DNA of 64,000 bases from Utricularia gibba (Eukaryota > Plantae > Magnoliophyta): the NCBI GenBank assembly GCA_002189035.1, contig NEEC01000002.1, positions 5,518,001 to 5,582,000 of the forward strand. The letters are read 5' to 3'. This document shows positions 25,068-37,922 of the stretch, piece by piece. A model generated the notes under the pieces. That model ran no database searches. It saw only the letters and a list, made by a program, of their open reading frames with translations, and was not told the origin of the DNA. The position numbers and the translations under genes were made by a program. Every line of letters starts with the position of its first letter. Position 1 is the stretch's first letter.

Positions 25068-26762
25068 GCCGCAATCAATATGGTCACAATCAAAGTATGT
25101 CTCTGTAGAATGATTGAGACAATTTTCACATTCTCATACTTAAACAAAGTTTCTAAAATCAATTGTCTTATACTTCTTAAATGTGGGTCTTTTTGATTGT
25201 GTGCGTGAGACTCTTTTTGGTTGCATAATTCTTGTTCTCTTTTATCTCGATTGATAACTTCATCACTTTCTGAGATAGAAGATAGTGTGAAGATGATGTG
25301 AAGATGGGTGGTGACATAAACAACATATTTAACGTAAATGGTTATTTTACTTTGAATCACTCAATATAAAATGTTAACATATAATATAATATAATTTAAA
25401 ATATTATATAATATAATTAGTAACCAAACTTTACATAAAAAAAGTAAATGTTTTAACATTTAAGAAAATAAATTTTTTTATCCACCTGTTATTAACTTTA
25501 TCCATTTTACCTTTAATCTCATCATTTGATAAAAAAAAGAATGAATAAAAAAAATTATAGTGGACTAGAAAACAATGACCATACGCACCTTTTTCTACCT
25601 TAGACATCATGTTTTGTTTAGCTATTTATATTGAAAATAAATAAGCTAAACATAAAGAATTGCATCAGATTCATATCATTTCCCAATCCTGCAAACAGAA
25701 AATAAATTGTGTTGAGTACAGTAAAATTCAAATAAATAAAGTTAAGTAATGTATTCTTGATCTACTTCTACTTGAGAATAATGTTCCTACATTTGAGTTT
25801 TTTAAAATGATACAAAAAATATATTTCTTTCTTCAATGTTTTGTGTTATTCAATTTCTTACTTCATCTCCAAATCTCCCCCTCCTTTTTTATTCTCTGTC
25901 CATGTGCTATTTTTTATTCTTCTCTCCTTTTTGATCCGTAGGCATCTATTTTGATATCTCTACTTCAAAATAGGCTTATTCTTTGTAAACCTGTTTAGAG
26001 TGTAACTTATCCAATGTAGTGTAATACTTAGACAAATGATGTTAGATTAAGATTTGAACTAAATCATGAATTTTATATCAATTTTAAACAAAAGATGAAA
26101 ATTGCATCAACATTCTCATAAAAATCAAAATTCATTCCAAAAGCCTAATTTTAATAGGATAACACATATATTTCTTTACCTAAGATCGATTGAACAATTA
26201 TAATTGTGTTCTGGAAAATTTTTTAATGCTATTTTTATTTCAATTTTTTATTGAAAATAATTTACACATAACACTTTCTATTTCTATTTCTATTTTTGAT
26301 AAAAAAATAACTTTTAGATATAATTAAAAATGAGTCAGAAGTATAAATAAGAAAACATTTCCGTCAACTTTTCATTTTTACTTTTGCCATCCAATTCTCG
26401 AAAATATTTCAGTTTCTGTAATTTTTCCAAAACATGTTATTTCTATTTCTAATTCTTATAAAAAATTTATATTTCTATTTTTTATTTTTTTCAAAAGTAA
26501 AAAACATCATTCAAAAATTTTCTAAAACACTCCTTATGTGTTATCAACCAATCATGCAACGCATGCATTCCTTATCAGTAGTTCCATGTGATCGTGGGAG
26601 TATCGGAGTAGACATCTTAGCAAAAAGTTCCTTTCCATGAACAATATGCTAACAAGCTTATCTATCCGCTCGTGAAGGGTAATAAGGTCAATCAGGACGT
26701 TTGGATAGATTCTCCCTAATAACAGGGGTGAAGTATTCTCTTCCACAATTAGGAAGGTCTAA

Positions 26763-27158
26763 GGATATAGTCTGCATGACTTATTTTTCAACTTATAACT
26801 TTAAGTATAAGTTAAAATTACTTATTACAAAACCATCTGACTTTTACTTATTTCTAACTTCTACTCAAACTTATATTTAATTTCTACTTATTTTAAATTT
26901 ACCTACATTTCTACTTAAAACTCAACTTATTTAATAAGTTACATTTACCTTACTTATCAAAATAAGTCACCAACTTATTCCAACAAATGTCTTTGCTTCT
27001 AATAAATCAAATCTAAACAAAATCAAAATACATTTGTTTCTTCATAAATAAATAATAAGTTGCATAAACCACAACTAATTATTTGGGTTCTATTTATCCA
27101 ATAACTTCTACTTATGAATTAAGTAAAATTTACAAAATAAGTGGTGTAGACTATACCC
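26763..27158. mobile_element. Tourist-like (PIF/Harbinger) MITE
   Basis: TIRs GGATATAGTCTGCA / TGTAGACTATACCC, TAA TSD on both sides, AT-rich 396-bp body, related copy at 34954-35702. Confidence 0.8.
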
Positions 27159-27199
27159 TAAGAGTTGGAAAAGTCAATCCTCTTACTCTTTTTATAACC

Positions 27200-28090
27200 A
27201 CACTATGCAAAACCCATTATGGACATGCAATGAATAAGAGAGATCTAGTAGAGTATGCACAAAAAATGGTAAAGTTCTTTGGTAAGATCTTGTATAAGGG
27301 GCGGGCAGAGCTGATGAGCGAGGTCCATTTCAGCAAAGAAGAAGCATGGGTGGGGCCTTCTCCTCGCATGCTTTTCATCACAAGTAGACAGGTTTGATGG
27401 GTGGGACGTGGGGAGGAACTCTAAGAGAAGAGAAGAGAACGTAAGTGACACGTGGATTCAGAAGCGGGAACCTAGTGAGTGCAATATGACTCTCATCTTT
27501 GTGCTTAACTTGCGAGTGGACAGAAGGGAGGAACAATCCATCAATCTCTTGTGAAAAGAGGAAACCCGGAACAACAAAAATACCTTGGACCACATTTTGG
27601 AAACTTACTTCTCTAAGAATACAAATTGGGTTTTCATCCCATCCATTCATGCATCCTCTCACAGGTCCGGTCCTAGAAGAAAGGCTTGCAAAACTTCCCC
27701 TCCAAATGCATGAGGGGTTTCTTTTCATTTATAGGACAAAGTCAAGGCATTAACTTCCAAATGCCCAAGGAATGTTTGCTAATCATGTGGAAAGCTTCGT
27801 CCCCTTCTTCTTATCCCTCCCTCTCTTCCACAAAGATGACAACCACTCGCAAAGTAGTTAAGGTTTGAGGCTTAATGGACTACCCTTGTGTGGTGCGGAT
27901 GGATACAAAAAAGGAATACAGCATGCCAGCCTATATAGATGATGATGACACACAGGATCGAATAGAGTGCATGTTATGCAAATCCAAGTCAAAAGGGAAC
28001 CGAGCAATGATTATGAAAATGCACTTCATTACAATCAATCATTCTTTTCCTCAAACAGAAAATAGAATAACAATCCATGATATAGGCAAA
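27200..28090 (-). mobile_element. Degenerate LINE (L1-like) ORF2 3' remnant
   Basis: Minus-strand frames give NPSCIWRG, KMWSKVF..RVSSF and C..E..HPCFFF, resembling the plant L1 post-RT/zf-RVT region. Many stops. Confidence 0.5.
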
Positions 28091-28741
28091 ACTTAAGTCA
28101 TGATATACAATCAAGATAACCTATTCATCTTCTACGGTAATTAATATTTTCTATTTTTTTCTATACTCTTTCAATCAATTTAAAGTATACTACGTAAACA
28201 ACAAGATTAGAAACAAAATAATGCAGAATCACTCTTGATATTAATTGCTAGATTAAGAAGAGAAGAATTCTAGATTGAAGTGACTATTCTATTCTTCTTT
28301 TTCTTTTTTTTTTCTTTTTTGCCTTTTTTTTTGCTTTTTTTTTTTGAAATGGAGCCCCCGCTTTGGGGAAGATATATTTGGATTACGAAACTTTATTTGT
28401 GGTTTATAGTAAGATCATTACTATCCACAGCTTCGCCAAGCATATCTTACTTTTGCACTCCTCTTTTATTTTAATTTTTTTAAAGTTGAATGTCACTCAA
28501 TCTAGAATTAAAAAGATAAAAAAAGAACAATTAAAAATTCAAAAGTGATCCTAACATATATCTCATTTCTAATGCATGTTGTTATAGCTTGATATCCAAA
28601 GTAATGAAAAATCTAGAAGAATTACCAACGGTAAGATAGTCTAAGCACTTAATCATGATCAATTATAAGCTATGCCTAATCATGGATGTTATCTAAATTT
28701 GAAAAAGGACTCGAAGAATGTTGTAACCTATCAGCAGCCTT

Positions 28742-30811
28742 CTACATCATCTTCCAGGCACAGACGTCTCCGGCTGCATCACCAGTGAAGAACAGCCCCA
28801 TCGGAGGTTCTGCGTGAATGGTGCGGACTTCTCCTCTAGAAAATATCCTGCCTCTCTCGATGAACCTGAGATGCAAACGCAGCTTTCCAATCACAACACA
28901 TAATGAAAAACACCATACGATGAGGGAGACGGATTCTCACGATGGCAGGTCGTATAAGCGAACGGTGTGGTCGCTGCATGAGCACAGCAAAACAGGCTTC
29001 CTCTCCGAATCATATACGCCGCAGAGAGCAAGCACGCCCTACAAAATTGATTTATGATTGATGGATTGTAAAGCCAGCCAACTAGTAGGAGGAGCTATTG
29101 CATGCACTTACATTGTCTTCCTGCTTCTCATGGAGGACCTCTATGATGCCCTTTTCGGTTTGTCCCCAGGCCTAAAGCACCGGAGGCCGACCGTTACAGT
29201 TGAAAACGTGCGAAATACAAAGATGGAGAGAGCTAAACCTTCACTGTCTTGTCCAAGGAAGCAGATAATAGAAAATATCGCCAGCATAATAAGGACGTCA
29301 CATCACCCTTGTGCCCACACAGTGTCTGCACACACTGCAAACTATCTCGATCCCATGCCTGAACATCAAAACCGAAAGTGAGGAGATTCAGCAAGCAAGG
29401 AGAGACCATTCAAAAACGGATACCTTTATCGTGCAGTCTTTTGATCCCGTATAAAGTCGCCTAAAAGCAGCAACAACAATTGAACATACTGCTCCAGTAT
29501 GCCCCTTCAAGACTGCAACTGGATCAGAGTCAATCTTCTCCGCGCTCCACTTCCACACATAAATGGAACCATCCTGGAACGGATTCAAAACTAAGAGATG
29601 CGAAAAGTTTATGCAAACATACTTCTAAGGCATGATTTCCGGGAGCCCATAACCATGCATAAGCAGCTAGTTTTCGGACACACAAAGCCACTATAAAAAC
29701 CAACACCATTCAGCCTACCTCCATTCCCACAAACAGCTTATCATCATCCGTCTCCATGCTAGATACTACGCAAGCATCGATGCACAAAGAAAACTCAAGT
29801 TGGTTTTGTGAATTCCATGCCTGTTGAACATCAAACACTTGATATAATATAAGACAAAACAAGTAGTGTACATACAAATAATGAGTTGTTTTCCCTCAAA
29901 AATATACCTTCACACCGTTCCGAAGCCCCACAAAGAGCATAGGGCCTTCAGTGACTACGCATCGCACTTCCACGCTTGTATCAATGCAACCAACACACTG
30001 TGCATACAATGAGTAGGAAGTTCAAATCAATATACAGTGCGTCATATTATCGTTCTGTCTCACTAAATTGACCCATGTTCTTACCTTTCCACTGTTGCAG
30101 TCCCAAACTCGAATACAATTATCAAAGCTCACAGAATACAACTTATCAGAGCCACATGGTAAGGCTATTCCTGAAACAGCCTGAACATTTTCCAGAAACT
30201 CTATTAATATGAAGAAATTTAAAAAAAAAGAGAGAAAAATTTATTCACAAGTTTACCTTTGAATGCCCTTCTAGTTTCGCCAACATCTGAAATCCAGAAC
30301 CACAGAACCAAGAGTGCAGATTCTTGCATTTCTCCCCATGGACGCAATTTCCAGTAACCCAGTATTCACATTGTTTTGGCTTGTCTGAAACAGCCATTTC
30401 AGAACAAGGATCTCTCTCCAGCACTGATTCATCTTCATGAGCATCAACTTTTTCAGGAACTGGGGCATTATTATGATCCTTGGGACCTTCAATACATTTA
30501 GTAGCTACTGGCGTGTCGTCCCCAACATTCATCTTCCTAACCACAGAAGATATTTGAGGAGCGCTATTCTTCTGAGGACTAGGAGATCTACGATAAACAA
30601 ATCTTCGGGCATTTGTTTTCTCAGGAACGCGACTCTCCAAAGTTTGCCTTGCACCAACTGAAGCATATAGTCTCCTCTTTTTCTGCAAATTCCCTGGTGC
30701 AGGGACGTTACCATGTATGAACCTACAGGGGTTCCTGTTGCACCCCCCTTTGAGCCAAAACACGCAAACTTCATTCTCATTCCGGGCCAATGCTCTCTTC
30801 AAAGTGGCCAT
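28742..30811 (-). CDS. ZFWD: CCCH zinc finger WD40-repeat protein (ZFWD family)
   Basis: Two CCCH fingers (CVFWLKGGCNRNPCRFIH; CEYWVTGNCVHGEKCKNLH) followed by spliced WD40 exons (LEGHSKAVSGIALP, LKGHTGAVCS, VRLYDLPSFIERGRIFS); stop TAG at 28742-28744; first coding exon 30257-30811. Confidence 0.92.
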
Positions 30812-31495
30812 CGCAGACTACTATACCAAGAAATAAGGGCAACATGTAAGTACAAACTCGAACACATCGATCCTCTGTAAACTCCACGAAGATCCATGGC
30901 GGCCAGATACGAAAAACAAATAATCCGGAAGTCTGCGAATCCGCTACGATCCCCTTGCAGCCTTGAATCGTGATCATTCCATTTGACTCCATTACAAGGA
31001 AATTCAAAATCTATCAACTAATCCGGAACCCACATTCTACCATGCGAAAAATCAAAAGAGAATGAGTATCAACCACGAATATTTCAACCCAGAAGCGCTT
31101 CCTCAACCAAGAAACACAGAAATCCGCAGAAGATCCTCAAGAACTGATAATGAATCCATTACAAAACTCAAGGATGAATCTAGACGGAAGCATCCCCTGC
31201 CATCCCGTGCGTCTGCGAATGATATCAACAAACATAAAACCCCACTCTACAATGAACTCCCAAAACCTTCACCTGGAAACCTCGCCGCAAGACTAAGAAA
31301 CTCGAATATCGATCAAGAATTTCCCAAAACAGAAAATTCAGGGATTTCAGGAGATAAAATGAAGAACAAGACAGAAACCGCAAATAACCCACCGTAGATC
31401 AACGCCAGAGGAGATTCACGAGAATGGAACAGAATTATCGGAATCGGGAAGAAAAGAAAAAGGATGAAGGAATCAAGAATGGGCGCGCGAATACG

Positions 31496-31503
31496 TATTT
31501 ATA
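31496..31503 (-). promoter_or_regulatory. TATA box of the ZFWD gene
   Basis: TATAAATA on the minus strand upstream of a CT-rich leader. Confidence 0.5.
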
Positions 31504-32201
31504 GTTAGAGAGGTAGGCGTTAATTATGAAGTTGGTGCCATACTTTCTATAATTTACGTTTTAACCCCTATTTTCTCTGTGTATTCCTTAAAACCCCAAA
31601 ATATCTCGAAATCAGAGCGAGTTTCATTCCCTCGTAGTGCAATACAATATGCTGTTTTCTTGGGGAGGAAAGTGTCACAAAGTGTCACAAATCACAAGTT
31701 TCCAGATTCATATATGATTCAAATAATTTGGTGGGACGGATGCTCTGCTGTCTGCACTGATGAGGTGAAGGAGACGAATCAACAACAACGAGCAGACCAG
31801 TAGCTATACTCCTGCATCCACCTGGAATGTTGGTGATACTTTTTTCTACGGTTGATTTCAGAGCAGGCCCTTGCTTGGTGTGATACTTTCAAAATCTCAC
31901 AAAAGCCAATGGGTGGACGGCGGGGCGGGCTGTTTGGGAGTTGATCTGGTCCTCGGGCGAGGAGCTAGTTTTCAGTATTCCTGTTCTTTTCGTGGCGCCA
32001 TTGTCCAAAGTAGCTAATACCCAGCTGTGCCCCAATTCACTGTCTGATTGGGATGTGCAACGAAAACAAATACCGATGTGTCTGGCGGGTAATTCTCAAT
32101 AAATTGTTGGAATTGGAGCCTCGGCCCCAGATCTACCCTATTTCCATACCCATTGGGGTTTTGGCTTTGATGCTCTCAACGAGATCGGGCTTTTGCTACT
32201 G

Positions 32202-33396
32202 ATGGGTTTGTATCAGATGAAGCGTGGCGGCTATTTCATTCTAACCATTTTGGTTTTTTCAGCTGTTTCGGCTTCGGCTTTCAGTTTTGGTGCGTGGACT
32301 TGCCCTGATCCATGTTCCTTTCAGCTATGTGATTCTTATACCTAGTTTGATTTGTGCAGATGATGCAATTGGCCCCTCCCTTTTGGGCGAAAGGCGACTC
32401 CTTCAAGCCAAAACACGTATGTTGGAGTTTTCATACATTCTCTAACATAACAATGAAATGATTCCTCCAATTCCGCATATGGGATTTTTTTCCCAGTAGC
32501 AGTTTATGAATCTGTTGATAGATTTTCTGCTGTACTGTCCTTGCTTCTCATGTTGTCCCTTCCTTGATTCTAGTGCTGTCTTTCCATTTCAGAAATTATG
32601 TCTGTAGGAGAATGCATGCTAGAGAGTGGAAAGTGATTTTGAGAATCCATTAGAGAATGCAGTCACACGTTTTAGGGGCTAACGCTTCGTCTTTGAAAAT
32701 CTAAACACATTTGCATGCGATCGTCCAGTGGCGAGGCGTTTCATTGTACTAGTATTGTGTTGCTTTACAATGCACCGTGTCTTCAGACAAGCACTTTGAA
32801 ATGTTGAGTCACTATGAGCTGATCCTTGGTCTGGGTTACTGTAAGCGGTGTGTGAACATAAACAGTCCTGGGGAGCATGAGGAGGAGTAATGTGACTTAT
32901 CCCTGTTTTTCCATCGAATTGGGGAGTATCAATTCTGATGCATGCTGCAGGGTAGTAGCAGTGTCCAATTTCTGAGCTTTTTTCTTGTCCTGTGTTTGCA
33001 GCATGCCCCGTGAGCTTTGAGTTCGAGAACTACACGATCATCACGAGCCAATGCAAAGGGCCAGACTACCCACCGAAGCTGTGTTGCTCAGCTCTCAAAC
33101 AGTTCGCTTGTCCAAATGCGGAGTACTTGAACGACTTGAGCAATGACTGTGCTTCCACAATGTTCAGCTACATCAACCTCTACGGGAAGTACCCACCGGG
33201 GCTCTTTTCAAGCGTATGCCGTGAAGGGCCACTGGGGCTGGAGTGTCCCCCAGGGCCTCCCTCACGTGCGCACTTGGATCATTCAGCAGCGGCAACCAGC
33301 AGCAGCAGCAGTAACCGGTGGATACTGTCGTCTCATTTGCTGCAGGCACTGACTCTCTCACTCGCACCACTCTGCTTTCTAGTGTCAAACTCCTAA
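32202..33396 (+). CDS. LLG1: GPI-anchored LORELEI-like protein (LLG family)
   Basis: Signal peptide exon 32202-32289; exon 32360-32416 (RRLLQAK); exon 33002-33396 with CPVSFEFENYTIITSQCKGP..CC..CASTMFSYINLYGKYPPGLF..CREG..GLECP and a hydrophobic GPI-signal tail. Confidence 0.93.
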
Positions 33397-34953
33397 GAAT
33401 CACAGCTGCTTGGCATTTCAGAAGAATCCGACTAGGCCAACTGCCGTTGTAGATTATGCCAGTTACTTTGGAAAATGACCAACTCAGAAACAGGAAAGAA
33501 ACTGCGTCTGTCAACATGTCTGCATTCACGAGTCATTTGACTGAAATCTTCTTTCGCTATGAATGGATTTCTCTCGATACCTGAACATGTATTCCTTTTT
33601 TTTACATCAATCTGATGGTGATTTCCACAGTTCATTGAATCTGCAGTTCTCGAGGAACTCTAGTTCTGTTTCAGCTGAAATGAATGATATATTATACACC
33701 CAGATTACATGTACACCTATATTGATCGAGGGCCATATAGCTTACTTGATTTTGAAACACCGTGAAAATAATATGAACTTCGAAACTGCCTTTTGATCTC
33801 ACACTAACAAAGTCACAAGAAAATTGCATTTCTTACTAAAAGAATATTTTTCGCCGATTGAATGAAATACTTATTAAATATTAAATAACGTATTATAGTA
33901 ATTTAAAAAAATTATAATTAAAAATAGAATTTGATAATTTAAGAATATTATTTCTTGTCCTCAAAAACATAATTTTGTTTGTCTAAATTAAGTTAATTTA
34001 TCATTGTGTTTTTTTAAATATTTTTTATAAGTATTGATTTCTCATAAGTTTTTGTAAATTTGTTACTTCAACAATATTTGTAATTAAGTTTTTTAAAATC
34101 AAACACAACAAAATGATCATGAATATAAAAAAAAAATCGTCATCATTATTTTTAGTTCTTTTTCGAGATAAAGAACCGAAAGTTATAGAAAATTTTACTT
34201 CTTCACAACTACAAACTTGATTTGGGTAATCGAATGGTTCCAAAAAATGAGAACTTTGAAAACCGATCTCCTGCATTTTGTAAGAAAATAAAAAATAGAA
34301 TATTCATAGAAAGTATAATGAAAATAAGTTGACTTTCCCCAATCACTTTAGTCATAAAAACCCAAATTTCAATTGTACCTTCAAATCGAAATTCGTACGT
34401 TGAAACTTGAAACTGAGATAAAATTTGGTATGATAAATGGAAACATAAGAATGAGAAATATATAAATGAGGATAAATATTGTGTATAAGTGAGAAAGTGT
34501 ATGAAAAAAGTAAGAAAATTTTTTAGAGTTGAGTATAAAATTATGTGAAATAGATAAAATATTAATACATGAATTTTAATATTAATATATCTTAGCCCTT
34601 GGCAAAGGTTAGTTTAATTTTTTAAATGATGAGTATTATAATTCATATGATAAGAGAAATTATATAATTAAATAATATAAATTATGCATTGATCTAAGAA
34701 TTTAATAATTATTTGAAATGAATTATTCAATCCTTATTGTAAAAATACATTTTCGTAACACAAAAAAAAAATACAATTTGGATACTGGTTATTATCTAAT
34801 TGATGATTATTATTAAAACGTTTAGTAAGATTATGTGAAACTTTATTTGAATGCTGTTTATTATCATTAGACAATATCTATATAAGATTTGGATGCTGTT
34901 TATTATTACTACACAATGTACAGAATAATCTTAACATTGCTTATTATCACTAA

Positions 34954-35702
34954 GGATATAGTCTGCGTGATTTATTTTTTGACTTATGATTTAAAATAGT
35001 AATTAAATTACTTATTACATAAAAATCTTGACATTGATTATTATTATTAAGGGTATAGCTTGCACGATTTATTTTTTAACTTATGATTTAAAGTAAAAAT
35101 TAAAATTAATTATTACAGGCCATCCCGATTTTTATTATTTGTAATTTTTAATCAAATTTTTACTTAATTTCTATTTTTTTTAAAATTTACCTACATTTAT
35201 AACTAAAATCCAACTTATTTTATAAGCTACGTTTGTCCTAGATAAGTCACCAACTTTTCCAACAAATGTCCTTGCATCTAATACACCAGATTTAGCGAGA
35301 GCAAAATACACTTATTTTTTCGTAGATTTCCCTTCCCCTGGTAAGATTGGGAATCTCCCCCACTTTTTTTGAATGGATTGCTCAGTTTTTATGTTTTGTG
35401 TTACAATGTAGCACAATATAGGTTGAGAATCGAAAGATTTCCACTACGGATGAGTTTCTATGTTGTCCAGTTTTATTATTAGTAACGTTATATATGTTAT
35501 TTGATCTTTAAAATAAGGGTAATATAATAATTTATAGTTTTATTTACAATCTATCTTTATTTATTTGCAGCTAATTAAAAATAATTTTTATTTAAATAAT
35601 AAGTTGCATGGATCACAATTATTTATTTGAGTTTTCCTTATTTAATAACTTTTAATTATGAATTAATTAGAATTTATGAAATAAACCATGCAAATTATAT
35701 CC
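34954..35702. mobile_element. Composite/rearranged copy of the Tourist-like MITE
   Basis: TAA-GGATATAGTCTG at 34951, a second left end TAA-GGGTATAG at 35048, right end ATTATATCC-TAA at 35702. Body is similar to 26763-27158 with an internal insertion at about 35320-35570. Confidence 0.65.
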
Positions 35703-36620
35703 TAAATAGTGTTTAGAGTGATCTGGATAATTATTACTAGCACCAAATGGCATCGAGACGAATCTAAAACATTGCTTATTAGCACCAAGTAGTATCTAGA
35801 TGGGTCTGGATGTTACTTGTTTTTACTAAGTGATGCCATGAATATTCTTTTGGAAAGTTTGTAATTGGAAAGAGTTATGCAATTTAAAAATAATAAAGAA
35901 GATAAACATTCTTCTAAAAATATTGTGATTACACATAATTTGAAATCAACATTAATAACATTTGGAGAATTTATTTCATATAACTACTAGGTTTTAGATT
36001 AATATAAATATATATTATTAATTATATGATTCTTTATGTCAATCTTCCAATTAGGTGATTAATGTGAAGATTATGAATTAAAATTTTGTGATCGTAACAT
36101 ATATGAGAATTCAGTAGTATAAATTATATACTTTATAATATTATATATAATTGAAGTGATTGAATGATGGTATCGAAAATCTTCATCATACAATTAAAAC
36201 AAAGAGGAACCCAAAGATACTAAGCAAAGAGATTAAAAGTTAAAGAAAAGCATAAATCTGGAGGAACAACCGGAAAAGTTGGTTATGGAACCTAAATCGG
36301 TTCAACAGCCTAAACTAAGCTATAAAGTGCCGAAGCAGCAAATCGGCCCAAAATAAACCGGCCCGAAATTGCCAATTAATCAGCTACACGTCAAGAAGGA
36401 GATAGGAAAGAGACAATTTCAGTTTTCAATGGTTTGAAGATAGTTTAAAAGGTAATTGATCTACAAGAAGTTAAAGCAAGAGACGATTATTTGACGATGA
36501 GATCATTAATAAGATCAAGCAAATCTTGTCACGTAAAAGTAGTTGATCTTGTTAGAATCGGTAGATCAATATTTCCTTGTTAATAAGAGTTCAATTCAAA
36601 AGAAAAGTATTCTATATTCA

Positions 36621-37106
36621 TGTTGAGGATGAAAATCGTTGTTCGTGATGGGACCAATTTACGAGTTAAAAGGTGCGGCCAGGAAATTCCGCACCTTATT
36701 ATGTTTTTCACGATTATGTTTAGTTTGATCAGCGGGAGAAGGGATAGGCGGAGATTTTTTACGTGGAAATCGTCGGAAGGCGGAAAAACCACAGAGTTGT
36801 CAGAGTTTGACGGAGAAGATTTATACTAGACGGAGGTAGTGAATAAGATGATACAAGTTGGAGAGTTCTTAGAGTCCCACCCTCTTTTCGTTATAGTTAC
36901 TTCAATTTATAGAAGAGATCGATCTGGCCGAATCCCCACTTCTACGGGTGTCGACTACTTTTATGCCTGCTGTGCGATCTCGCTTTTCAGATATCGATCA
37001 TCTATTCTGCTGTAATTCGGCTGCTTTTCAGATTGTGTCATATAACCATATCTGTCAAGATATCTATCTGTCGACTAGCATTATTCACTCAAAATCCATT
37101 TTGACA
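36621..37106 (-). mobile_element. LTR-like segment (possible solo LTR, Tat-like)
   Basis: TG...CA termini, internal TATA-like and GC-richer body, but no matching TSD, PBS or PPT. Confidence 0.35.
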
Positions 37107-37922
37107 GCTTTTTAGAAGCCTATTAACCTTGACCCACTTTATCTCCCATCAATTCATTTTGTAATCATTATAATTCTCTACCTTTCTTCTAGTAAGACCA
37201 TTTCTTCCTATAAACTCCCTCAACTCCATGTTTTTCATGATCGTTTTCATGTTAAAATATTTATCCTTTGTCGCTTTCATAGCAATTAAAAAACAGATAA
37301 ATTGGGAATTGGTAGATTTGCCCTGTAGAAATCGGTTATTCACCTTTTGATCGATTTTTCACCATAATAAAAGCATAATTCATTCACATTTAATAATAAA
37401 ATTATTTATAAAAAATATTTTTTTTAAGCAAAAGTTGTTCGAAAAAGAGTTGCAATATTTTTTTTACCCATATTTCACATGAGTATTTTTCCTTAAAATT
37501 TTGCATGAGAAATAAATTAATTAATTCAAACAATGAATAAAAATATCTGTACACTAAATTAAAATGAATAAAGTTTTAGAACTATTACGTATGTTATTTT
37601 CAATAAAATTAAAATAAGTTTTGAATTATTTTGTGGTAACGCTGTATTTTTTTAGTGTGATTAAGTGAAGATGTTTTTGTGTTTGAGTAATCAACATTAT
37701 TAATATTATACAAAAATTATATAACTGCGGGAATTCTCAAAGACGTACGAGAACGAGAAGAAATGTTGTGCTAAGCAGCCGCCATTGTTGGGTTTCCCAG
37801 ATCTCTCTGCATTCATCAGGATCCGGCTGACCTGATTCCCACAGGAGCATCTTTGCTTGTGGAATTCCGTATCAATCGGAGTGAAGGGTACATCGGAGAA
37901 TCTTTTCTTCTGGAATTCTGTG

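Larger units (their letters stand above)
17530..25265 (+). mobile_element. Decayed, internally deleted Ty1/copia LTR retrotransposon containing nested insertions
   Basis: 5' LTR 17530-17730. PBS TGGTATCAGAG(T) 17731-17742 (tRNA-iMet). Gag remnant (KKKFGFVDG..WILNTIE), CCHC-like knuckle, WILDNEASD protease, HCDLWSP integrase remnants. PPT GGGGGAG at about 22248-22254. 3' LTR 22255-22268 plus 25068-25265. TSD CTCTC/CTTTC. Confidence 0.85.

Noticed and set aside
31062-31397. 111-aa plus-strand ORF
   Set aside because: Antisense to the CT-rich ZFWD leader/intron; composition explains the open frame.
34780-34950. Short imperfect TTTGGATGCTG-TTATTAT repeats as a separate element
   Set aside because: Too degenerate to define a unit or boundaries; probably old TE subterminal sequence.
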